In this document: positions 10,466 to 20,472 of the stretch, piece after piece
How positions within the stretch are numbered: position 1 is the stretch's first letter
How the letters are laid out: every line of letters starts with the position of its first letter
Assembly (NCBI GenBank): GCA_000004985.1
Contig: GG738908.1
Source of the DNA: Naegleria gruberi
Taxonomy: Eukaryota
Length of the DNA: 64,000 nt
Direction: 5' to 3' (one strand)
Program-made: the position numbers and the translations under genes
The notes under the pieces: model-generated
What the model saw: only the letters and a program-made list of their open reading frames with translations
The model's database searches: none
What the model was told of the DNA's origin: nothing

Positions 10466-13400
10466 TTATTGTCTCTTATATTTAATAATAAATTCAGGAT
10501 AACATTGACATTTATCATAGACAATGAATTCTCTATATGAATTAGTTGAAGTATTTGATTGACCAATAACACTATCATAAACTCTATTGTTACTTCCTGA
10601 AATTTCAGGTGGTCTTCTCTGATTATTCATCACTTGTTTTGTGAAATGAATTTGTCTTCCCATTACAACTCTACATAATAATAGAGTATATTCATTGGAA
10701 TGATCAGGTGTACAATATTGATCACTCTTTGAACAATATTCTGCAAAATAAATACCTGCTCCAAATAATCCATTTAAATTTGCAACTCTTTCATCAAATC
10801 CATGTTCTGCAATTGTATTCACAAATTCAGGTTTTGTTCCATGCCATAAATATTTTTCATTCATATTAGAATTTAATCCAATTGTTTTCATCCATTCAAA
10901 TGATTTTGATGTTTTTGAAATATTTTCAGTTTGAACTTGAAGTGAATTAATTGAATCTTGATATGAAATTAAATGATTCATTCTTGATTTGAATGAAGTG
11001 AAAAGTGTTGAATTTTCAATTCTTGAAACACTTGAAACAATTAATTTAGAATAATTAATTCTTGATAATTGATCTCTTCCAGATCCAAGTGTTGCAGAAT
11101 TACACGATACATTCATAATTTCTTGCATTGTATCTTTTAAATATTGTGTAACATCAACAGTGTAATATCTTTTCGAATAAGTTTGGAATGTGTTTCTTTT
11201 CCAATAACTTGGAAGTGAAATTGTTAATTGTTTGGATTTTGATTCTTTAATTTCCTTTTCCATCTTCTCAATTTCAATTTCTTTTTGTTTCAAATTTTGT
11301 AATTTCTTTGAAATTTCTTCACTTTTCTTTGACTTTGAATTTGAAAATTGTTTCTTTTCCTTTTCTAGATTTAAAATTTCAATTTTCAAATTTTCATGAT
11401 TTTTTTTCATTTTCAATTCAAATTCATTCAATTGATTCTGATAATCTTTCAATTCCTTTGATTGATTTTCCATTAATTGAACATGTTTCTGAATTTTAAC
11501 TTCATCTAATAATGTTCCTTTCAAAAAGAATTCATTTGCAAGTGCATCAGATGCAAATGGTCTCAAATTTACATCTGAATTCAAACATTCATCACATAAA
11601 TTATTCAATGATTTGAATTGTTTCAATTCTTGTTCTTTCATACAATTTTTAATTGTTTTACCAAATGCAAACATGTCAGATTTAAATGTTGCTGATGTTT
11701 TTCCATTCACTAATTCAGGTGCTAAATAATCCAATGTACCAGCAATTCCACTTGTTCTTGTGAATAAATTCATTGTTCTACTTGTTATATCTAAACTAAT
11801 ATCAAAATCACCTAAAATAATTGGATAATATTCTGTGATCATNNNNNNNNNNNNNNNNNNNNNNNNNNNNNNNNNNNNNNNNNNNNNNNNNNNNNNNNNN
11901 NNNNNNNNNNNNNNNNNNNNNNNNNNNNNNNNNNNNNNNNNNNNNNNNNNNNNNNNNNNNNNNNNNNNNNNNNNNNNNNNNNNNNNNNNNNNNNNNNNNN
12001 NNNNNNNNNNNNNNNNNNNNNNNNNNNNNNNNNNNNNNNNNNNNNNNNNNNNNNNNNNNNNNNNNNNNNNNNNNNNNNNNNNNNNNNNNNNNNNNNNNNN
12101 NNNNNNNNNNNNNNNNNNNNNNNNNNNNNNNNNNNNNNNNNNNNNNNNNNNNNNNNNNNNNNNNNNNNNNNNNNNNNNNNNNNNNNNNNNNNNNNNNNNN
12201 NNNNNNNNNNNNNNNNNNNNNNNNNNNNNNNNNNNNNNNNNNNNNNNNNNNNNNNNNNNNNNNNNNNNNNNNNNNNNNNNNNNNNNNNNNNNNNNNNNNN
12301 NNNNNNNNNNNNNNNNNNNNNNNNNNNNNNNNNNNNNNNNNNNNNNNNNNNNNNNTGTTATCACTTTCAGTGTAAATTCCTTCAATTTCAATAATATTTG
12401 AATGTTTTAACTTGTTTGTAATTNTCAATTCCTTTTCTAAACCTTCAATTGATTTCTTATCTTTTAAATTATATTGTTTAATTATATGTTTTTTATCATT
12501 TAAATCAATTCCAATAAAAACATTATGATTTCCATTCCAATTTTGAATTGGTTTAATTTCTTTAAACATTTCAGGTGTCATTTCATTAATATTTAAATTA
12601 GATAATAAATCACTTGCCATGTTTGATTTAATATCAAATCCAATTGTCGTTAATTGAAGAAATTTCATTTTAATTTCATTTAATTTTTGAATATTTTCCT
12701 TCAAATTAGATTTTAATTCAATTAAATTAAATTCTTTAATTTGAATTTCATCTTTAATATCATTCATTTCATCTTCATTATTAACATGTTTCAATTCATC
12801 TTTTAATCCTTCAATATCTAGATTTAACATATTTAAATTTCTTGTAATTCTTGTTTTTTGTCTTTGAATGGTTTTAAATTGTTCAGATAAATTTGAATAA
12901 TTATTCATAATATTTATAATATTTTGTAACATTTCATATTTTTCAATTATATATGGAATTGTTTCTTGAATTAATAATTTACAATTTAATTCTTGTTTTT
13001 GATAATAATTATATAATTCTAAAATATTCATTTGATCATTGTCTGAAATTAATACTTTACAATTTGATAATATATTATTTAAATATAATTCTTCTTGTTC
13101 TGATAATTCCATTGCTTTTTGTAAATTATTTGAAAATTGTGTCAAATCAATTTCATTACAATAATTGATAGAGTTTACAATATTTGATAATTGTTTTGTA
13201 ACTTGTTGTAATATTGTTTTAGTTTCATTTCCAAATTTATTATGAGTTGGAACTATATTAATACTGTTTATATTCTTAATAGATTGTTCACTCATTTCAA
13301 TACTGTCAAATAATTCTTGTTTAATAAATTGAGAATTAAATTCATTAAATAATTCTAATTTTTCACTTAATACTTCTAAATAAGATTGTAATTTAAATAA

Positions 13401-14954
13401 ATATTTTTGATTATTAATAAATTCCAATATAGTTCTAATATTATTCATTAAATTATTAATAGTTAATAAATGTTCATTATTTTCAATATTATAATTATTA
13501 CTTGTTAATCTTTCAATTAAATTACAACAATTATTTAAATTATTACAAATTGTTAAATATTCATCTTGAAATTCTTTCTTAATTTGAATAGAAGAAGAAA
13601 ATGATTGAATCGATTCAAATTGTTTTTCAACTTTTCTTCTATTATTATCAACTTGTTGGTTGAGTGAACATAATTTTGAAAATGTTTCAGATGTGATTAT
13701 GAATGATTGTTTTTTCTCTAATTCTTTTCTTTCTCTTTCTATTTTTAGTAAACATTCTTTTTCAATTCTTTCCTTTTCAATTCTTTCCATTTCTAATTTT
13801 TTAATTCTTTCTCTTTCTAATCTTTCCATTTCTAGTTGGTTAAATTTTAATTGTTCCGATTGTTCTTTTAATAGTTGTTGTTCTTTTTCCATGTCACTTT
13901 TAATTGTTTGAATATTAATTCCATTCACTGACCATGTGTAATTTATGTTAATATTTGGATGTTGAAGTAATTGTTTAACAATTTCTAAATGCCCATTTTG
14001 GCAAGCAGTGTATAATGGTGGCTAATATATAAAAATAAAAATTAAATTAAATATTAAATACTTACAAACTAATATTATAAATATAAAAATTAAATTAAAT
14101 ATTAAAATACTTACTTTCTAATATTATAAATAAAATTAAATTAAATATTAAAATACTTACACGCTAATATTATAAATATAAATATAAATTAAATATTAAA
14201 ATACTTACACCCAAATTAACATCAATTGTTTTACATGATAATAATAATTTAACAATTTCTAAATAACCATTTTGGCAAGCAGTGTATAATGGTGTCTAAT
14301 ATTATAAATATAAAATTAAATTAAATATTAAAATACTTACATCCTAATATTATAAATAATATTAAATTAAATATTAAAATACTTACAAACTAATATTATA
14401 AATATAAAATTAAATTAAATATTAAAATACTTACATCCTAATATTATAAATATAAACTAAAATTAAATATTAAAATACTTACAACCTAATATTATAAATA
14501 ATATTAAATTAAATATTAAATTACTTACATCCTAATATTATAAATAATATTAAATTAAATATTAAAATACTTACAAACTAATATTATAAATATAAAATTA
14601 AATTAAATATTAAAATACTTACAACCTAATATTATAAATAATATTAAATTAAATATTAAAATACTTACATCCTAATATTATAAATAATATTAAATTAAAT
14701 ATTAAAATACTTACAAACTAATATTATAAATATAAATTAAATATTAAAATACTTACACCCAAATTAACATCAATTGTTTTACATGATAATAATAATTTAA
14801 CAATTTCTAAATGTCCTTTTTGGCAAGCAATAATTAACATGGTACAACCTTCTGATTTATTATTAACATCTTGTTCATTAAAATAATTATTAAATTCATC
14901 AATTTTGCCGTCTCTCGCAGCATCAAGCGCCTTCTGAAAATCTCGTGTGGCCAT
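10466..14954 (-). CDS. Ankyrin-repeat – long coiled-coil – protein-kinase – PARP-catalytic-domain protein (copy A; interrupted by an assembly gap)
   Basis: Exon 1 (14954..14757) encodes MATRDF..TMLIIACQKGHLEIVKLLLSCKTIDVNLG (ankyrin) and ends at a GTAAGT donor. A 735-bp intron (14756..14022) is built from tandem 47-bp units. Exon 2 starts at 14021 (PPLYTACQNGHLEIVKQLL) and runs through about 430 aa of coiled coil (LEMERLERERIKKLEMERIEKERIEKE...) into a kinase domain: IKQYNLKDKKSIEGLEKEL..KLKHSNIIEIEGIY [N gap 11843..12355] ..ILGDFDIS..GTLDYLAPE. More coiled coil follows, then a PARP catalytic domain (LWHGTKPEFVNTIAEHGFDE..GLFGAGIYFAEYCSKSDQYC..YREFIVYD) with the H-Y-E triad intact. Stop is at 10466. 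Confidence 0.8.
11843..12355. other. Assembly gap (513 N) inside the kinase domain of PARP-gene copy A
   Basis: Run of N characters. The ORFs made of X residues (11835..12401, and parts of 10466..12391 and 11808..13928) are artefacts of this gap. Confidence 0.99.
14022..14756 (-). repeat. Tandem array of about 14 intron-like 46-47-bp units inside intron 1 of PARP-gene copy A, with an embedded 87-nt exon-like ankyrin duplicate (14209..14295)
   Basis: On the gene strand each unit reads GTAAGTATTTTAATATTTAAT(A/T)TT..TATAATATTAG followed by 3 nt. On the plus strand this shows as ACTTAC recurring every 46-47 bp at 14068..14756. The segment 14295..14209 is flanked by ATTAG| and |GTAAGT and encodes an in-frame TPLYTACQNGYLEIVKLLLSCKTIDVNLG (29 codons). 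Confidence 0.85.
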
Positions 14955-15560
14955 TTTTTTAAATTTGTTTTTGTCTACACGTCAAAGGAGAAATGACGAG
15001 TGACTTGACTGAACAATAAATTTGACAGCTCGATCAATGTCAACAATGAAGATCTGTTGGTGATAGAACGAACATAAGACCACTCCACACTGCTAAAACC
15101 CACGAGGGCAATCATTCAGCATGATTAAACAGGAAGATTGGCAACTTCAACAATTGTTGCCATCATTTACTCACAAAAATCTAATAAAAGCGTGAATTCT
15201 TCTCCTTCAATCGCAACAACAATACCACAATATTTAAAAACTCGTGCAATATTCATCAATTTCATTCAATTAAATATTTATATAGTATCGAATCCTTGCG
15301 AGAGAAGACCTTTCTACTACTATTGAATCTTACAACAATCTGATTCAACACTTTAAAACCTTGCTTAAATAAACATAATTTTTTAATAAGATTAAATGGT
15401 GATGGGATTATTTTACACAGTTATTGTGAAGAATTATTTTAGGAGAGTTGTCTCTGTGAAAAGAGATAAAGGTAGAGTAAATTATTGTAAATGATGTCAG
15501 ACGTAACAAGACGAATAAGTGGTGGTGGTGGTGAACAAGTAAGGATTCTCTCATTGTAAA

Positions 15561-17062
15561 TTACAACATGTTCATATCTTTCATATAATCTACGATAATA
15601 CTGTTTTTGACATCATCCAAAACTTTTTTCATTGTACCTGTATCTGTGGCACAAGTTATGTGATGATAAAGTTGACGTCCTGTCTTTGAACTTTGAGATT
15701 TGGCAGCTCCAGCTCGAGAAATGAATTGATCCATAATGTAAGTTCTGGCCTTACCAACATCTCGTCCACCTGTATATTCAGGGAAACACTTGTCCAAATC
15801 CTTAACTTTGATTTTCTCTTCAAACAAGTCATTCTTATTGAAGAAAATAATAAGTGGAGTTGTTTTAAAGTAACGAGATTGACAAATTTCAGTAAAAAGA
15901 GTCAATGATTCAATCATACGATTCATATCCTTATCTTCAAATAAAACTTGATCGTATTCACTCAATGCAGCAACGAAAATAATTGCTGTAACATCATCAA
16001 AACAGTGAATCCTTTTTAAAATAACATCAATTGACATTAATTAACAATGATGATGAATGGTAAATAAACAGTTTTCACACAAGTGACAATAACCATCAAT
16101 AACAATATAGATCAAAGATTTAGCCAAATAGTATGTTAATTAACAAGACACAATAACAAAAACTAACCATTTTCTTCTTTCGTTTCTTTGACCACCAACG
16201 TCAATCATCTTGAATTTGTATCCTTCAATACTAAAATCTGCTTCTACGATACCAACTGTCTTGACTCTTGAACGGAGAACATCTTGTTGGGTTGGTTGAT
16301 AATTGTTACTTGTCAATCTTTCAATATCTCTCAAATAACTATTACAAAATAACATAAAAACATTATATTCGAAACACATTCGAAACCAATAGAAACTTAC
16401 TATTCAGCAGAATCATTCAATTGATATTCACTTCTTCTCCTATAAGCTTCTTGAATACCAGCATCAGACCACAGTAATTTAATATCCTTTCCGAGTTCAG
16501 GTGAAATTATACTTCCAGCATTGAGAATAATTTGTTGTTCTGGAATTCTGGTAAACTTTTCTGCACGTTCGATATTTGATGAATTTGAAAATGAAATTTG
16601 TGGATTCAGAGTTTGCATTGCTTCGATCAAAACTCTGATGGATTGTAAAGTATTTCCATAGATAACATCTTTGAAACGTATACATTCTTCTGGTGTGTAG
16701 CCTTTGTGGTGAATAATTTTCATTTGTTTAAAGATGGTGGATTTCCCTGATTCACCTATTGTTGTTGATATTTAGATTAGTTTCGTCATGTTTAGTTTTG
16801 TTGTTGTTGTTGTTGATATTTAGATATTATACGATAAATAATCATTGGTATTATTCAATTATTGGTATTGTTATTCACAATCGTTCACAAAAAGTATGGA
16901 CGAAACACTTAAGAATATATCACACGAAACTAAACTAAACTTACCAGCTCCTAGTAACAAAAGTTTCAACTCTGACTTTTGTTTTTGATTATCCCTAGTC
17001 AATTTAGCATTAATTTCCTTGTTTTTGGTGGATTCTGCTGATTGTTCTTTAAAGCAAGGCAT
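15561..17062 (-). CDS. Heterotrimeric G-protein alpha subunit, four exons
   Basis: Proposed structure join(17062..16945, 16755..16401, 16338..16168, 16011..15561), giving 364 aa. Exon 1: [16 protein letters not shown]. The G codon is split by a 189-bp intron (GTAAGT..AATAG), and exon 2 continues [27 protein letters not shown] 62-bp intron precedes exon 3 ([20 protein letters not shown]). A 156-bp intron (GTTAGT..AAAAAG) precedes exon 4 ([35 protein letters not shown]..). G1-G5 motifs are present. The C-terminus ...DYMKDMNML is unusual. Confidence 0.85.
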
Positions 17063-17838
17063 CGTTTGATGTGTTAAAAATTTTAGTCTAGATTCGAATA
17101 GTAATAAATTGTTGTTGTAGTAATATTTGATGAGAGATAAAATATTCTTGTTGTTGAGACTGTTGTGGACGTTTTGATTTTTTTTTCTTTCTGCTTGTTC
17201 ACAAGTCACCTGACAGCTGTCAAGGCGAGAAAATTAAACGGGAAAGAGGCAAACAGTCTATCGGCATTCCTGCTGAAAAATATTGCCAATAATTACCCAG
17301 CATGAGATTTACTTTGGAATAATTGTAACGAATTTTTGAATATCTCTCATCTTCTCAGTTGACTAATTTAAATATATTTAAAAAATATTTAATATTTAAA
17401 AATTGGCAAATTGATGATGGTTGGTAATCAAGTGGCAACAAGAGTAAAGGTTGAAAGGTTTCAACAACTATTCTAATTGATAATACTAAACTGAAAATCA
17501 TTTCCTTATTCAAAACCTTCCGCATAGTTTCCATAAATGGGACTTGTTACAATGAGCAAAGAATTATTCCAATAACTGCATTATTCAAGATTCAAAGATG
17601 AAGCTGAAATGTTGAATGTTCTTGTCATTTCCCGCCAAATTACTACAATTCAAAATGAAAAAAAGCAAACAACAACAAGGCTTTGAGTGTTTGATGGTTT
17701 GTTGTCATTAGCCCTTGAGATTTAGATATTGAGACGAAAATCCGCAAAGAAAATAATTATCTAGTTAATTAATTAGTAAAATTGAAAAATTACAAAAATG
17801 TGTGTTTTATATTGGAAGAAGTATTTGTTCAGTGAAAT

Positions 17839-18858
17839 TTAGAAAATTCTGAATTGTAAATTGGTGCTATTAGTCTTTTTGTTGTTGTTATTATTATTAT
17901 TGTTATTGTTATTGTTGTTTGGCAATGGTACGAATTTCATAACAATAGCAAAGATGCAACCACCCAAGATGGCCAAAGCAACTAACAAACACAAAACAGC
18001 ACAACACTTATCAGTTTGAATTCTCCTCATGAAACTGGTAATTTCCTTTTGAGCTCTTTTCACATTGCTTCCGAGAGCATCCATTTCTTCATCAATTCTC
18101 CTCAATTGGTCTCTTTGTTGTCTCAGTAAATCAGCAGAATCAGTTGCCAAAGCAATAGTTTCCTCTGATTTCTTATTCAAACGATCGATAATGTCCAAAC
18201 ATTCCTTCTGAGTTGAAAATACTTCAGAAAATAATTCCTTTTCAATTTCATCGTGCCTTTGACGTTGTTCCTGTGTCAGATTGGCATTTCCCTTGTACAT
18301 ATTTGTCACATCAGCATCACTGTTTCTCTTAACTTCCACAACATCATCTTCTTCAATGGCATTGGATGAATTCTTTCCTTCATTCAATTTGTTTGCAAAT
18401 GTAAAGAAACCTTCCTTTTTACGAACACCACCACTATTTGTTGCTGATGATGATGAATTTGATGTTAAATTGGAATTTGTTGATTCTAAAGCAGAGTTAT
18501 TTGATGATTTACCATCATTCAACCCCTTTGCTTTAGTTTCAATAAATGTTTTTGATTGTTTGTAACTTGCTCTCAACTTGGCAATAATTTCCTTGTGTTT
18601 CTTCTTGGTATCGGATACTTGATTTTCAACGGATGGATCATTCTTTGTCAAGTTATTAATCTTGTTATATAATTTCCTACATTTTTCCAATAATTCTTCA
18701 ATAGTTTCGGATAGTGTGGAAATTTGTGAGGAAATAAAATTTGGATCCGATTGATTGGTAATGTTTAGACGACGAAGAGTGGTGATGTTTTCTTCAATCT
18801 TTGACTCGACACTTTCCAACTCGTGTGTGTAGGTTGAAAGTTTTTCGAGACTGCTCAT
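17839..18858 (-). CDS. Syntaxin-like Q-SNARE (t-SNARE) with a C-terminal TM anchor and a poly-Asn luminal tail
   Basis: 339-aa single-exon ORF. N-terminal helical region, a SNARE heptad motif (IALATDSADLLRQQRDQLRRIDEEMDALGSNVKRAQKEITSFMRRIQ), a TM segment (CCAVLCLLVALAILGGCIFAIVM), then LPNNNNNNNNNNNNNKK. Confidence 0.7.
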   Translation of the reverse strand: MSSLEKLSTYTHELESVESKIEENITTLRRLNITNQSDPNFISSQISTLSETIEELLEKCRKLYNKINNLTKNDPSVENQVSDTKKKHKEIIAKLRASYKQSKTFIETKAKGLNDGKSSNNSALESTNSNLTSNSSSSATNSGGVRKKEGFFTFANKLNEGKNSSNAIEEDDVVEVKRNSDADVTNMYKGNANLTQEQRQRHDEIEKELFSEVFSTQKECLDIIDRLNKKSEETIALATDSADLLRQQRDQLRRIDEEMDALGSNVKRAQKEITSFMRRIQTDKCCAVLCLLVALAILGGCIFAIVMKFVPLPNNNNNNNNNNNNNKKTNSTNLQFRIF

Positions 18859-19037
18859 TTTTTGTTGATTTTTTTGACTGGGATGACAGATGACTTGAAG
18901 CCAAATTTCGAATTGATTTCGAATGAATTATTAGAATTTTAATTATTAAATAAATTATTCTCTACATGGAATTGAAACTTGAAAAATTCAGCTTTGTAAG
19001 AAGGATTGTTAATAATTCTTGTTTTAGTAAAATGAAT

Positions 19038-19156
19038 GGCTACGGCCATATCACGATGAATGCACCTCATCCCGTCCGATTTGAGAAGTTAAGCATCGTC
19101 GAGCCACATCAGTACTGAGGTTGGAGACAACTTGGGAACCTGTGGTGCTGTAGTCT
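19038..19156 (+). rRNA. 5S ribosomal RNA gene (dispersed copy)
   Basis: GGCTACGGCCATATCACGATGAATGCACCTCATCCCGTCCGATTTGAGAAGTTAAGCATCGTCGAGCCACATCAGTACTGAGGTTGGAGACAACTTGGGAACCTGTGGTGCTGTAGTCT matches the universal 5S consensus (GCCATA.C, GAA.GCACC..ATCCCGTC.GA.CT, GAAGTTAAGC, AGTACT, GGGAA). Helix I pairs 5' GGCTACGG with 3' CTGTAGTC. It is followed at once by the Pol III terminator TTTTT (19156-19160). Confidence 0.85.
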
Positions 19157-20472
19157 TTTTCATGCTTCATATCTTTGAATCTCTTTATCTCTTACAGAAT
19201 GGATAAATTGCAGCATTTCTAACGGTGCCAATTAAGGCACTGAAAAAGAGCAAAAATAAAAAAACGAAAAAAAAAGCAAACAATAAGTTGAAGCGATATT
19301 AAGCTGCAACAATAGCGGAGGGAATTTCTTACTGCTTATTATTGTAGGCTATTTTGTTATGGATGGTTTTCCGTTCATGTTTTGAATCATGAAGAAGAAT
19401 ATTTTGTAATAGGTTTTTAAGTGGAACAAGAACAATAATAATGGAGAGACTCGGATGAAGGTTAATGCTGGAGACTCGGATCCAATTCTCTCATCATCGA
19501 TGTTGATTGATTCCCTCCCTATTAATAATAACAATCAATCGTGTTGGGGTAGAGTAATTATTTCAAAATTGTAGAATTGTTGTTGTTCGGAGAAGGAGAG
19601 GGAACATTTGGGTGCAACAATTAAGGACAAGGGATTCTATTGGATTTGGTAAATTTGGAAATCCGAGAAGAGGAAATTTGTTCAGATTGGATTTAGAGAA
19701 GGGCATATATGGATTTTTCAGACAATTCAATTCTTCAATGTGTAAACAACATGGATGTGAGATATTTTCACATACTCGTATGTATATAAAGCTTACAACA
19801 GATTTGGAGTTAATACAAACACAAAAGAGATGGATAGGTGCCACCAAATTACATTTCATTGGGTGGAAGAAATGGAGTATTATTAATGAGCAACTCTATT
19901 AAGTGAATGAAAAACAATACATATGGAATTAGATTTTATTTGGGAATTGAGGAGACAGATAGGGAGGATTATTTTACCTGAACCTTTTTCAAGGGTTCAC
20001 TTCTTTGGAATTGGGGGAAAAACTCATCACAATCTACAAGGGTCCAAGCAATTTCGGAACGTTTGGTTTTCCTATGAAAAATTATTCTTGCAGCTGTTTA
20101 ATGATAGAATGACTTAGAAGACTATTTCAGATTTACAAAATGTGACAGATAGTCTCCAATATCAAAACTCCTTGCAAATTATGCACAGCAATAGCATAAA
20201 AATGAAATTAGCTTGATATTCTCGTTTCAAGATTGGTCTTCAACCATTATTCTAAAAGGTTTCTGCAAACGAATTTCAGAACTTTGTACTTCTCTCGAAC
20301 AAACAACTGCAAATTCTGTGGACCAGAGAAAATGAGCAATCTTCGTGGAACAGTTTCGTAATTTTGTTGTGACCATGTCTGAAAGTGGAGTAGTGCAAAG
20401 ATGTTAGACAAGATTTTGGATTGAACAGAGATTTGAAATGGAAGAGAGAAAAACTGAAACATGTTCGATTTA

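Noticed and set aside
11835-12401. ORFs composed of X residues (11835..12401, 60289..61314, 60369..61202, 36025..36304)
   Set aside because: They are artefacts of translating N-runs (assembly gaps) and are not genes.
14022-14756. Regularly spaced 47-bp repeats considered as a CRISPR-like array
   Set aside because: The context is eukaryotic. The units are AT-rich intron copies with GTAAGT/TAG ends inside a spliced gene. There are no cas genes, and the spacers are only 3 nt long.
19563-20462. Four small ORFs between the 5S gene and the giant surface-protein gene
   Set aside because: They overlap each other on both strands, have intergenic-like composition and no motifs. This is most likely the promoter or intergenic region of the 25868-start gene.
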